Positions 28,238 through 38,376 of a stretch of DNA of 64,000 nt are shown here, one piece after another. How positions within the stretch are numbered: the first letter of the stretch is position 1; every line of letters begins with the position of its first letter. The stretch comes from Limnothrix sp. BL-A-16. GTDB taxonomy: Bacteria; Cyanobacteriota; Cyanobacteriia; CACIAM-69d. A program made the translations under genes and the position numbers. The stretch covers positions 736,001 through 800,000 of the forward strand of contig CP166615.1 in the NCBI GenBank assembly GCA_041937175.2. The letters are read 5' to 3'. The notes beneath the pieces are model-generated. The model ran no database searches. It worked only from the letters and a program-made list of their open reading frames with translations, and had not been told where the DNA came from.

Positions 28238-30163
28238 TTACGGACTGGTAATGCTGGCCAGCAAACGAACGTAGGCTGCTTGATAGTAAATGGCTGGTTC
28301 CGTGAGTTCCCAACTATTCACCGGCCAGCCGGTGGGTGAGTCGAGATAGCGCTTTTGGATGGGCTGTTGTTTCACGGATTCTTGGTTGCCGGTGTAGTCG
28401 CGGTTGGGCCCGCCCACCAAATATCCGGGAGCCGGGCCTGGTTTTCCGGGGGCAACCCGTTCATACTCCCCACGCCCCAACCATTCGTGATACATGCTGG
28501 TGACCGATCGCTCGGCTCCCAGGCTGCCCATGTTGGTGAGGTAAACAAACCCCAAGGGATTCACGCCATGGAGGTAGTGCAGGTGGGCCATGGCTCGGGC
28601 CTGTAGGCTGGTGTTGCGATCGGGCACTGCGCCATAGCGAATGGCATCTCGGTTGCTGTTACCATAGTTGGCTTGAACTTGGTTGCTGCCCCAGTGATAT
28701 TGCTCATCGGGCAGCGACACCCGATAGGGATCTAGATCCATACGCAAGCCGTAGGCCTGGGTTTGGGTGCGCACCATATTCACAAATCGATCGCGAATTT
28801 GCTTGACCAAGGCGGCATCGGCGTTCGGCAAGCGGGTATAAAGCAGCAGCGCATCGCCTTCGTGGGCCCGATACCGACCCCAAACGTTGTCGTTCCAAGG
28901 CTGGGAAGCGGTGAGATATTTTGCAAGTTGGGTGCTGTAGTCGGGGTTGCCGGTGAGGGCAAACAGGTGAACAGCGGCGGCGGCAGCGTTGCCCTGTTGT
29001 TCAGGAATCGGGCGATCGGCATCCCCGGCTTTAATTTCCTGGGTGTCGCAATCGGTCTTGAGAGGATTTTGCTGGAACCAGTTCCAAGCCCGAATGGCCC
29101 GTTGTTCCAAATCTCGGGACTCCCCTTGCAGGGCTGGAAACTGCCGATAGACACGGGCCGCATGGGCAAAGGCGGCCGCCGTGGCGATCGTGGAGGAAGA
29201 GCATTTGGGCCCGTAATATCGGGGGCGACGATCTTGGCTGGGGCGATCGGCCGCATTGTGATCCAGTACGCCCACCTTGATCAATACGCCGCCATCGTCT
29301 TCCTGCATTCGCTTCAGCCAATCCACTTCCCACTTAATCTCATCAATCAGGTCGGGGATGCCGTTGCCCGATTCGGGAATGTTGAACCGATCGGTGAAAG
29401 CTCGGGGGTTTTCTTCGTAGGCCGTCAGCAGTTGATTCACCACGGGGCCTGCAAAGGTGCTGTATTTGTTCGTATCACCGGCATCAAACCATCCCCCTCG
29501 CAAGTCGCGGGCCGTGGCGGGATCATCCTTGGCACTGACCGATCGAGCCTGGGAATCCTGATTGGGGCCCAAAAAAGCCGCCCCATCTTGCCACTTCCCA
29601 GCCACAGAACCCGTTTTGTTGAAACCGGCCCGCTGGTAATAAAACACACGTGTGGCGGTTATCAGTTTTTTTTGGTAGACACTGCTCTGAATTTCAAAGG
29701 GAAATGATTGCTCACCCCGTTCCCGATCGACCACCACATAGGTTCCCGATTGTTTCACGGTTGAAAAATCAAAATGCCAGGCCCGATCGCCCGATTGACC
29801 GTGGATTTGCCCCCCATTCCAAGGGGTCAGCGCACCCGAAAAAACCACCGCATTGGTGGAGGTATTTCTGACTTCATAGACTGATCCCGGCGTGAAGGCT
29901 CGGTTGGCATTTTCACCCCGCTGCGGAGAGGCAATCACCGCCACTTTGGGATCCTGAGGTCGATAGCCAAACTGATCCACCAAAATTCGAGGAATGGGTT
30001 CATTACCACCCCCAGTTCCCCCGTTGAATGGCAGTGATGCCCAAGCCTGCATGGTGTATTGAAACAGCGATTGATTCGCTAAGGATTGAGACCCGAAATC
30101 CATGATCCCTAGCCCCGCTAGCAACGCTCCACCCAGCCAAACCCACTTCCAACGCTGCATCAC
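28238..30163 (-). CDS. Secreted GH9 glucanase with CelD-like Ig domain
   Basis: VDQFGYRPQDPKVAV, DLRGGWFDAGD, HYLHGVNP, C-terminal E..E.AIYY.A. Confidence 0.88.
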   Translation of the reverse strand: MMQRWKWVWLGGALLAGLGIMDFGSQSLANQSLFQYTMQAWASLPFNGGTGGGNEPIPRILVDQFGYRPQDPKVAVIASPQRGENANRAFTPGSVYEVRNTSTNAVVFSGALTPWNGGQIHGQSGDRAWHFDFSTVKQSGTYVVVDRERGEQSFPFEIQSSVYQKKLITATRVFYYQRAGFNKTGSVAGKWQDGAAFLGPNQDSQARSVSAKDDPATARDLRGGWFDAGDTNKYSTFAGPVVNQLLTAYEENPRAFTDRFNIPESGNGIPDLIDEIKWEVDWLKRMQEDDGGVLIKVGVLDHNAADRPSQDRRPRYYGPKCSSSTIATAAAFAHAARVYRQFPALQGESRDLEQRAIRAWNWFQQNPLKTDCDTQEIKAGDADRPIPEQQGNAAAAAVHLFALTGNPDYSTQLAKYLTASQPWNDNVWGRYRAHEGDALLLYTRLPNADAALVKQIRDRFVNMVRTQTQAYGLRMDLDPYRVSLPDEQYHWGSNQVQANYGNSNRDAIRYGAVPDRNTSLQARAMAHLHYLHGVNPLGFVYLTNMGSLGAERSVTSMYHEWLGRGEYERVAPGKPGPAPGYLVGGPNRDYTGNQESVKQQPIQKRYLDSPTGWPVNSWELTEPAIYYQAAYVRLLASITSP

Positions 30164-30788
30164 AAACCTTTCTCCTTGGGACAGGTGCTATTAACCAAAT
30201 TTCATTGCTAGGCAGGACGACTGAGATCAGAATTCTAGGCAGATATCTCAGATCATAATTTCAAGTCATAATTTCAAGAAAATGAATAGAGCTATTCAAA
30301 ATTAATCAATAATTCAAAATATTTGAATGAAATAATGCTGAAAAGTTTTGTTGATGTTTTCGGTGTGTATCAAATTAAACAACAGAGAAAAAATGGTAAT
30401 TGAATTGATTGGAAAACTGATCATGGTTGAACCCATGAATGGTTATTCTCAATCACTCAAATGGGTCAAGGCTGTGGTGCTCGTTAATTCCCAAACTTTT
30501 AGCTTGAAGTTGGGTTGAGTGCCATGCCACCTGAATTCGCCTAGTCTTTCTATCATACTAATGAAAAAAGCGTCCGGGCCCTGAAGGGGGATAGTCTTTA
30601 GATTAATCTTTTTTTGAAAGCAGTCGTTAACCGAATCTTCACAAATTAGGTTTCCAGATTCACATCATTTTTCTGCATAAACTTTCTGGAAATCTAGTAG
30701 CAATGCCAACGGTCTGCGATCGGGAAGGAAAAGAACCGCCAAAAATCAGCCCTAATCCCGCCCGATCGCCCCTTTGTGCTCGTCTGCT

Positions 30789-31853
30789 CTAGGCTTGCAG
30801 AAATTCCCGTAACGCCACCAATTTTTCCCAGGCGGCCCCGCTCGCCAGGATTTCCTTGGCCCGAGCCACACCAACGGCACAGGCTTCCGGCGACCCGATC
30901 GGCTCAGCGATCGCCCCGGCCACTTGGAGGGCCAGGGACGCATTGAGGGCCACGGCATCCCGCTGGGCGATCGAGCCTTGACCCTGAAGCACTTGTCGCA
31001 AAATCTCGGCATTTTCGCTGGGATCACCGCCCACCAAGGCGGCCGTGGGCGCGGCCGCACAACCGGCCGCCACCGGATCCAACTCCAAGCGGGCGATCGC
31101 CCCATCGGCCAAAACCGCCAGATCGGTCACATCCGCCAATCCCCCTTCATCCAAGCCTTCGCGCCCATGGAGGACGATCGCCCGCTGAGCGCCCAGCCGA
31201 TTCAGGGCCCCGGCCATCACCTCAATCAGATCGCTTTTGAAAGTACCAATCACCTGGCCCGTGGGCCGCAGGGGATTCACCAGGGGCCCCAACAGGTTAA
31301 ACACGGTGCGCACCTTCAGGGCTTGGCGAATGGGCGCGACGGCCTTCATAGCCGGATGCCAACCGGGCGCAAACAGAAACGTGATCCCCACCTGGTGCGC
31401 CGCCGCTTGGATTTGGGCGGGATCAGCTCCGAGGCGAATTCCCAATGCTTCCAGCACATCGGCGGATCCCGACTTGCTGGAAGCGGCCCGGTTCCCGTGC
31501 TTCACCACCGTGACCCCAGCGGCGGCGGCCACAAAGGCGACGGCCGTGGAAATGTTGAAGGTGGAAGCGCCGTCGCCACCCGTGCCGCAAGTGTCGATCG
31601 AGGGGCTGGGCAGCGGATCGCCCGTCACGCTCACCGATTGGCTCAGCAAAACCTGGGCCATCCCAGCCAGCTCATCCGCCGTTACGCCTTTGGCCTGAAG
31701 AGCAGCCAAAATTGCGCCTGACAGGGCCGGAGCTAGCCCATCATCCAACCAAGCCTGCATCAGTTGAGCGGCCTGAGCCTGGGACAGGGAGGCTCGATCG
31801 AGCAGTTGCTTCAACAGGGTGGGCCCATCAAAGGTCGTGGCGGCGGCAGTCAT
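30789..31853 (-). CDS. trpD: Anthranilate phosphoribosyltransferase
   Basis: [47 protein letters not shown]. Confidence 0.97.
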   Translation of the reverse strand: MTAAATTFDGPTLLKQLLDRASLSQAQAAQLMQAWLDDGLAPALSGAILAALQAKGVTADELAGMAQVLLSQSVSVTGDPLPSPSIDTCGTGGDGASTFNISTAVAFVAAAAGVTVVKHGNRAASSKSGSADVLEALGIRLGADPAQIQAAAHQVGITFLFAPGWHPAMKAVAPIRQALKVRTVFNLLGPLVNPLRPTGQVIGTFKSDLIEVMAGALNRLGAQRAIVLHGREGLDEGGLADVTDLAVLADGAIARLELDPVAAGCAAAPTAALVGGDPSENAEILRQVLQGQGSIAQRDAVALNASLALQVAGAIAEPIGSPEACAVGVARAKEILASGAAWEKLVALREFLQA

Positions 31854-32029
31854 AACTGAAGCTCCAGGGGCGATCGCGCGAGAAAGTCCAGTGCTAGAAT
31901 ACTATCCGCGCTCAAAATTCCGGGCCCCCCAAGCCAAGAATCAGCCCATCAATCTCCCCTTGCTGAAGGGCTGGCTAGAGGGTAATTCAGTGGCTCAAAG
32001 TCAAGCAATTGGGGTAAAGTAACAACCGC

Positions 32030-32101
32030 GCGGGTGTAGTTCAGTGGTAGAACGTCAGCTTCCCAAGCTGAATGTCGTGGGTTCGAGTCCCATCACCCGC
32101 T
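32030..32101 (+). tRNA. tRNA-Gly (CCC)
   Basis: GCGGGTGTAGTTCAGTGGTAGAACGTCAGCTTCCCAAGCTGAATGTCGTGGGTTCGAGTCCCATCACCCGCT; CCA not encoded. Confidence 0.96.
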
Positions 32102-32275
32102 TAGTTTCTGCGACACTGCGATTTCAGGTAACCAACAAATCGCTCAGATTGCTTGAGCGAGTTTCCTGATCACTGCAATGGCATCATTGCGATTAATTAG
32201 CCCTGGCTAGGCACTGCCTCGGCCTTCAGCAAAAATTCGATAACGTTTTGTCAGCAAAACTATTTTGGGCAACAC

Positions 32276-32977
32276 ATGGTGAAGTGGGATGACGATATCC
32301 ATAACACCCCAGCGTATTCGGTGACGGACGCTGCGCGGTATTTGCGTATCCCAGTTGTGACGCTGCGCTCTTGGCTTAACGGGCGTTCCTATGCCACCCA
32401 GATTGGTCAACAAGCGTTTGAGCCACTGATTCAGCGGCCCGATTTAGCTCTGCCCCAGCTCTCGTTCACAAACCTGGTAGAGGCTCATGTTTTGCGAATT
32501 ATTCGTGAAACCCATCAGGTCAAGCTTGATAAAGTTCGCCATGCCCTAGATTATATGAGCCAGCAGTTTGACACGGCTCACCCATTGGTGATGAGACGGT
32601 TTCAAACCGATGGGGTTGATTTGTTTGTAGACCAAGTAGATCGGCTGGTCAATGTTTCCCGATCGGGCCAGCTTGCCATGCGCGAAACCTTGAAACACCT
32701 GCTGACCCGCATTGAGTGGAACGCAGAGGGGATCGCCAACCGATTTTTTCCCATCATTGAGTGGGTTCCTGAGCCAGGAACTGACAAAATCATTTTCCTC
32801 GACCCATCCATTCGGTTTGGTAAGCCGGTCATTGCAGGCCAGGGAGTGCCTACTGCTGCCATTGTTAGCCTGATTGATGCGGGTGATTCGATCGACGATG
32901 TGGCAGAGGAGTTTGACTGCTCTCCTGAACAAATTAAGGCCGCTATTCAGTTTGAAGCTCAAAATCGTGCCGCGTGA
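32276..32977 (+). CDS. DUF433 antitoxin with N-terminal HTH (VapB45-like)
   Basis: YSVTDAARYL, LSFTNLVEAHVL, DPSIRFGKPVIAG, GDSIDDVAEEF. Confidence 0.85.
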   Translation: MVKWDDDIHNTPAYSVTDAARYLRIPVVTLRSWLNGRSYATQIGQQAFEPLIQRPDLALPQLSFTNLVEAHVLRIIRETHQVKLDKVRHALDYMSQQFDTAHPLVMRRFQTDGVDLFVDQVDRLVNVSRSGQLAMRETLKHLLTRIEWNAEGIANRFFPIIEWVPEPGTDKIIFLDPSIRFGKPVIAGQGVPTAAIVSLIDAGDSIDDVAEEFDCSPEQIKAAIQFEAQNRAA

Positions 32978-33417
32978 CTCCAGCCGATCGCCCCATTTTT
33001 TTCATCGATTGGTGCCTCGGAAAGTCGGTGGCCAAGGCTCTCAGGGAAGTGGGTGCTCAAGTTGAGCATCATGGCGATTGCTTTGCCCAAAATACCCCTG
33101 ATCCAGAGTGGTTGACGGTGGTGGGCGATCGGGGTTGGGTTGTGCTGACCAAAGATGAGGCAATTGGAACCAATAAGCTGGAATTGGGGGCGATCGCCCG
33201 TGCCGAGGCAAGGGTATTTATTTTGGTGTCAGGCAACTTGGGCCGTCAGCAGATGGCGGCCCTATTTGTTGAGGTGTTACCTAAATTGGAACGGTTCAGC
33301 CAGGGCAACCAAGCGCCCTTCATTGCCAAAATCTACAGAGATGGCAGAGTTGAACTCTGGAAAAATCGTACCCAGTTGCTCAAGCTATTGAAGGGGAGAG
33401 ACTTGCTGGATCTTTGA
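32974..33417 (+). CDS. PIN-like toxin (VapC45-like)
   Basis: FFIDWCLG, PDPEWL, GWVVLTKD; GTGA overlap with the upstream gene. Confidence 0.82.
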   Translation: MTPADRPIFFIDWCLGKSVAKALREVGAQVEHHGDCFAQNTPDPEWLTVVGDRGWVVLTKDEAIGTNKLELGAIARAEARVFILVSGNLGRQQMAALFVEVLPKLERFSQGNQAPFIAKIYRDGRVELWKNRTQLLKLLKGRDLLDL

Positions 33418-33440
33418 GAAAATTCCTCGAACATAGAGGT

Positions 33441-34250
33441 TTAATTGACCCAATGAGCGAGGATAGCTGCCACTAGTTCGCAGAAACCTTCTCCTTCAGC
33501 GCTGGGAGTGATGTGCGCCGGTTGATGAATCAGCTCGCTGAGGTAGGGACGCACGTTGGCAACACCGACGGAGCGGGGAAAAAGAGCCGGGTCAAACAGA
33601 CTTTCATCATTGGGGCTGTCCCCGATCGTCAGGATTTGATCGAGGGCATAACCGGGCCACAACAGCTCGATCGCCCGTTGGAGTCCTGCGGCCTTGTTTT
33701 GTGCCGGGAGTTTGATGTGGGCTTGCACGGCACTGTAGGTGAATCCCCAGCCCAAGGCCGCCAGCGATTCCCCCATGGCCAAGAGGGTTTGGCGATCGAT
33801 GCCCGGTAAATCCGCTAGATCAAAAGTCCAATCGGTGATTCGGAAGCGGTTATCGGGGGCCGGGTGCAGGTGGGGAAAATGGTGATGGAATTCCGTTTGG
33901 AGGATGCCAAAAACATCGGCCAAGGCATCGCGATGGGCGATCGGGTCGGTTACATCCACTAGCCATTGGCCCTCGGGTCGATCGCGCCGATAGAGCAGAC
34001 CGCCGTTTTCCGCGATCGCCCCTGCGATCGGCAGGTATTCCACCAGGGCGCTCACCCAACCGGCCGATCGCCCGGTGATGATCAGAACGGGGATGCCAGC
34101 CTGTTGCAAGCGTTCCAAGGCCAGAAACAGGTGGCTGGAAAAGCGACCCGATCGGGTCAAGGTACCGTCCATATCGGTGGCGATCGCCCGAAGGCCGGGA
34201 GCCAGAGCAGCGGCCATCGCCGCCAGTGAGGACTGAGGAGACAAGGGCAT
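33441..34250 (-). CDS. HAD-superfamily hydrolase (subfamily IIB)
   Basis: TDMDGTLT, ITGR, AENGG, NKAAG, GDSPND. Confidence 0.9.
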   Translation of the reverse strand: MPLSPQSSLAAMAAALAPGLRAIATDMDGTLTRSGRFSSHLFLALERLQQAGIPVLIITGRSAGWVSALVEYLPIAGAIAENGGLLYRRDRPEGQWLVDVTDPIAHRDALADVFGILQTEFHHHFPHLHPAPDNRFRITDWTFDLADLPGIDRQTLLAMGESLAALGWGFTYSAVQAHIKLPAQNKAAGLQRAIELLWPGYALDQILTIGDSPNDESLFDPALFPRSVGVANVRPYLSELIHQPAHITPSAEGEGFCELVAAILAHWVN

Positions 34251-34400
34251 AGCGATCGACCCGTTTGCAAATACCGCAATGTACAGTGGGGAATGTTTTT
34301 GCCGCAAGTGGCGCGATCTCCACATTGCCTGAACACACTCTGATCAGGCCTGCAACGCTACCTTCAAGGCTGTCTCAACCCTGTAAACGTATTTAACGGA

Positions 34401-36557
34401 TTGGCTGTACCCATGGCTACCACCGCACTTGATCGGGACGCGCATCTGTTCCACCTGGCTGCCCAGCGAGCGGGAATTCATATGCCCATCTTGCCCGCAC
34501 TCCAGGAAGCCCATGATCAGCCAACCCCAGAAGGGGAACGGGGGTTGGGCTTAACCAGCGCGGATCAAGAACAGGTGGACAGCCTACCGGATCAGTTGAT
34601 GGAAGCGGCCCTGTTAGTGCGACGGTTAACGGATTCTTTAATCCAATCCGGTTGGAAGGCCGATCGAATCTGGCAGGTGAGTGCTGGACAATATAGCCCT
34701 GAAGTGTTGGCCGTGTTGGCTCGGGGCTTTGAAGACAAAACCGCTGGCGGGCCGATTCTGGCCGGTTGCTCGCTCGATCGGCTGACGGCCGCCTATCGCC
34801 AATTTTGTACCTTGGAGCGATCGACCCAGATTGCCCCCGCCAGTACCACCCTCACCGGCAGCACCTTCACCATCGATCGGGCACTGCTCGACACGATTGA
34901 GCGCCTGCCTCAGTTTTATCAAGGCTATGTGCATCAGCGGGAAGCCCTGCTTGAGGCGACCCGTATTTGGCGCGGCCTGGCCACCCGGGAGGACACCTTG
35001 GTTTCCCTGGGGTTGCCAGCCTTGAACTACACCGATACCGCTCTTGACACGGCCTTAGTCACCTTCATCCAACGTCTGTCGCCCAACTATTCCGGCTTTC
35101 CTCACCAGCGCGAGGCCCTGCTGCGGTTGGTGCAAATTTGGCGGCAACTGGATTCACGCCAATCGGCGATCGCCTCCCTCAGCGACAGTAATTTGAGTCT
35201 GTTGCCCCGTAATTACGATCCGGCCCTGCTGGCCTTTGTGCTGCGGGTTCCGGAGTTCTACGCCGGTAGCGGCACTCAGCGCAATGCGGCCACCGAAACC
35301 GTCCGTATGTGGCGAGATTTGGAGAATCGCAACGCGGCCCTCACCAGCTTGGGGGTGAATCCGATTGTGTTCGCGAATCCGGCGGCCCCCGAAGCCAGCA
35401 CCGCCGCTGCCCAGCTCGATCGGGAATTGCTCTCTTTTCTGCGACGGTTGCCAGCCGCCTACCGAGCCACACCCAATCAACAGGGGGCTTTAACTCGGTT
35501 GGTGCAACTGTGGCGTGGCTTGGAAACCCAGCAGGCCGCGATCGGCTCCCTGGAAACGGATCTGCGCACCATGCAATGGCAGGTAATGATCCTGAAACAG
35601 AACACCGTCCTCAAAAGTCAGCCGGTTCAGGCTAGCGCCCTGCCGCGAAACGAAGTGGCCGCCATGCCCGCTGGGGAACTGTCGCTGATTGACTCGATCG
35701 AGCAAGGAACCCACTATCGAATCCTGACCGTGGAGCCAATCCGCGATCGGCGGGAATGGTTTGTTTACCGGGGTCATGCGGACTTCTTGGAACCGGCCAC
35801 CATGTTGGTGAAAGTCAGTACCTTCCTCAAGACCCGTCCCCTACAGTCCAGCAGCTTGGGAAATGCGGAAAAGGTGGCCCTTTCCCCCGGAGAGTTCCAA
35901 ATTCGCAGCTACGAGGATGTGGGCGATCACCTGCGAATTCGGCTGGTGAAACCCATTAATAACCGGCTGGAATGGTTCATTTTTGAAGGCCACATCACCC
36001 TGCTGAATGTGGATGACTATCCCTCGCCTCGGGATCCCCAGCCTGCGCCCGCCCCTGCCCCTGTGCCTGCCCCCGTGCCCGCGCCTGTCCCCAGGCCCAC
36101 CCCGGTTCCCACCCCGGCCCCTGTGCCCGATCGGGGACGACGGATTCAAGTGCCCGGGCTGGGGACGGTCTGGACGCGTGACCCGATTATTGCGGGCGGT
36201 AACTTTAATTGGGGTGAAGCCACCAAAGATGGCACGCGGATTCCCGAAAATTCCACCATCACCCAAAACATCATCGCCATGGCCCGGCGAATGCAGGAAG
36301 TGCGGGCCCGGCTGGGCAATCGCACCATCACCATCACGAGCTGGTATCGGCCCCCGGCTGTGAATCGGGCCGTGGGTGGGGCCCGCAACTCAACCCATAT
36401 TCGGGGTTATGGGGTGGACTTTGTGGTGGCGGGGTTGTCGCCGCGTGCGGCCCAACGGATTTTGGATCCCTGGTGGCCCGGTGGCTTAGGCTATGGCTCC
36501 TCCTTCACCCATTTGGATAATCGGGGATATCGGGCCCGGTGGAATTACACCAATTAA
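34401..36557 (+). CDS. Peptidase M15A-type cell-wall metallopeptidase with N-terminal helical repeats
   Basis: C-terminal ITSWYRP..N..VGGA.NS.H..G.GVD...F.HLD; Pro/Ala/Val linker; four ~60-aa repeats. Confidence 0.85.
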   Translation: MAVPMATTALDRDAHLFHLAAQRAGIHMPILPALQEAHDQPTPEGERGLGLTSADQEQVDSLPDQLMEAALLVRRLTDSLIQSGWKADRIWQVSAGQYSPEVLAVLARGFEDKTAGGPILAGCSLDRLTAAYRQFCTLERSTQIAPASTTLTGSTFTIDRALLDTIERLPQFYQGYVHQREALLEATRIWRGLATREDTLVSLGLPALNYTDTALDTALVTFIQRLSPNYSGFPHQREALLRLVQIWRQLDSRQSAIASLSDSNLSLLPRNYDPALLAFVLRVPEFYAGSGTQRNAATETVRMWRDLENRNAALTSLGVNPIVFANPAAPEASTAAAQLDRELLSFLRRLPAAYRATPNQQGALTRLVQLWRGLETQQAAIGSLETDLRTMQWQVMILKQNTVLKSQPVQASALPRNEVAAMPAGELSLIDSIEQGTHYRILTVEPIRDRREWFVYRGHADFLEPATMLVKVSTFLKTRPLQSSSLGNAEKVALSPGEFQIRSYEDVGDHLRIRLVKPINNRLEWFIFEGHITLLNVDDYPSPRDPQPAPAPAPVPAPVPAPVPRPTPVPTPAPVPDRGRRIQVPGLGTVWTRDPIIAGGNFNWGEATKDGTRIPENSTITQNIIAMARRMQEVRARLGNRTITITSWYRPPAVNRAVGGARNSTHIRGYGVDFVVAGLSPRAAQRILDPWWPGGLGYGSSFTHLDNRGYRARWNYTN

Positions 36558-36613
36558 TGAGTTGCCCAACCGATGGGGATGGCGGGGGAGGTCTATCGGG
36601 TTCAGTCAAGGGA

Positions 36614-37834
36614 TCATCCAACGGCTCCGCCAAGAAGCAACACTTGAATTTCGCTGTGGGCCGCGATTTCGCTGGTTCCTTGGGGAACTTGGGCCAGGGC
36701 GGTGGTTCCCGCTAGGTTGATCAGGTTGCCAGAACTGTGGCTGCCTTTGGCCAGGCTAAAGACCAGTTGCCCTTCGATGATTTGCAAAGAACCCCAAAGG
36801 TAAGTTTCTCGCCGCCCGGCCCCTTGCAGATCCTGCGCCGATCGCGCCGTTAGCCATTGCACCCCGTGGGGGCCCGATCGCCCCGACAGCTTCCGCAACA
36901 GGGGAGCCACAAACCGCCAACAACCCACCAGGGCCGAAACGGGATTTCCCGGCAAGCCCACATAGACCTTGGGGCCAAAGGTGGCCAGGGTCAGGGGCTT
37001 ACCCGGCCGCACGGCCACGGATTTGACGTGAATTTCGCCGCCCAACTCCGCCAAGACCGCATCCACATAGTCATAGTCCCCCACGGACACGCCCCCCGTG
37101 GACAGCACCAAATCCGCTTGGTCGATCGCCTGTTCAACGGCAGCTTTCAAAGCGGCGCGATCGTCCCGCACCACCCCCAGGGCGATCGGCTCCACGCCCA
37201 TTTGTTGCAAAAAAGCGATCAGGGCATATTGATTGGAATCGACAATTTGCCCCGGTTGCAGGGGTTGATCGATCGTGCCCAGTTCATCACCCGTGGAAAA
37301 CACCGCCACCCGCGGCCGTCGCACCACCGTGACCCGATCGCACTGGGCCGCCGCCAACACCGCCAATTCAGCGGGGCCGATCGCCAACCCGGCGGGCAAA
37401 ATCTGATCACCCGATCGGCAAAACATGCCCTTGGCCCGCACAAATTCCCCAGCGGCCGGCTGGCTCAACACCTTTACTCGATCGGGCCCGGCCGGTTCCG
37501 TGTCCTCTTGAATGGCGATCGCATCGGCCCCCGGCGGCATCATCGCCCCGGTGAAAATCCGTGCCGCCTGGCCGGAGCCAACGGTTTGTTGAGGAGCCAC
37601 CCCCGCCGGAATCGTTTCAATCACCTGCAATTCCGCTGGCCCCTGGGCCAGGTCAGCTTGGCGCACGGCATAACCGTCCATGGCGGAGTTGTCCCAGTGG
37701 GGAAAGTCCAAGCGCGATCGCACCGGTTCCGCCAACACCCGCCCCAGGGCCGCCACGCTGGCGATCGATTCGGTGTCGATGATTGGCGGCGTGATCCGTA
37801 GGGCGATCGCTTCGGCTTCTTGGGCGGAAATCAT
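36614..37834 (-). CDS. moeA: Molybdopterin molybdotransferase
   Basis: DNSAMDGYA, RIFTGA, STGDEL, STGGVSVGDYD, RPGKP, GLPGNPVS. Confidence 0.96.
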   Translation of the reverse strand: MISAQEAEAIALRITPPIIDTESIASVAALGRVLAEPVRSRLDFPHWDNSAMDGYAVRQADLAQGPAELQVIETIPAGVAPQQTVGSGQAARIFTGAMMPPGADAIAIQEDTEPAGPDRVKVLSQPAAGEFVRAKGMFCRSGDQILPAGLAIGPAELAVLAAAQCDRVTVVRRPRVAVFSTGDELGTIDQPLQPGQIVDSNQYALIAFLQQMGVEPIALGVVRDDRAALKAAVEQAIDQADLVLSTGGVSVGDYDYVDAVLAELGGEIHVKSVAVRPGKPLTLATFGPKVYVGLPGNPVSALVGCWRFVAPLLRKLSGRSGPHGVQWLTARSAQDLQGAGRRETYLWGSLQIIEGQLVFSLAKGSHSSGNLINLAGTTALAQVPQGTSEIAAHSEIQVLLLGGAVG

Positions 37835-37955
37835 GGGTGACTTGGGCGAGGGAGCGATCGTCAGTTTAAAACCCCCGGCCCGTTGCCACAATTCCCACAA
37901 TGGGTGATCGCCATTCGCCCGTCTCCACCCTGACCGCCTCAGCAGAATGCGATAT

Positions 37956-37986
37956 CGTTGGGGGCAAGGGGTTGAAACCCCTTGTC
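37956..37986. repeat. Variant of the MITE core palindrome
   Basis: CGTTGGGGG-CAAGGGG-ttgaaa-CCCCTTG-TC; a more decayed copy at 26755-26777. Confidence 0.6.
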
Positions 37987-38022
37987 TAGGACTGCGATCT
38001 GTTACCTGCTAGCTATTGCTTT

Positions 38023-38274
38023 TTGATCATGCCCCGAGCCAAAGCCCAACCGAGTTCTCCTGAAACCGCCCCCGATTGGCACTACGAAACGGCCATGGCC
38101 GAGGTGGAAATGATCGTGCGGCAACTGGAAACGGGCGACTTGGATTTGGATCAAGCTTTTGATCAATTCACCGCTGCGGTCGATCGCCTGCAACAGTGCG
38201 ATCGATTCCTGCGCGATCGACAGGCTCAGGTGAGCTTAGCGATCGAAACCTTGGATAATCTCGATCTGGAATAA
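38023..38274 (+). CDS. xseB: Exodeoxyribonuclease VII small subunit
   Basis: YE.AM.E.E.IV.QLE.G.L.L..A...F......L..C...L. Confidence 0.9.
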   Translation: MIMPRAKAQPSSPETAPDWHYETAMAEVEMIVRQLETGDLDLDQAFDQFTAAVDRLQQCDRFLRDRQAQVSLAIETLDNLDLE

Positions 38275-38320
38275 GCCAGGCATTCCTGATCGCAAAATCA
38301 GTAATTTAAGTAATCCATCC

Positions 38321-38345
38321 GTAGGGGCACAACGCCTTGCGCCCT
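38321..38345 (+). repeat. GTAG-type REP-like hairpin
   Basis: GTAG-GGGCACAA-cgcc-TTGCGCCC-T. Confidence 0.55.
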
Positions 38346-38376
38346 TCCCTGTCTGTGCCTTTGTTGAAACCTGTCC

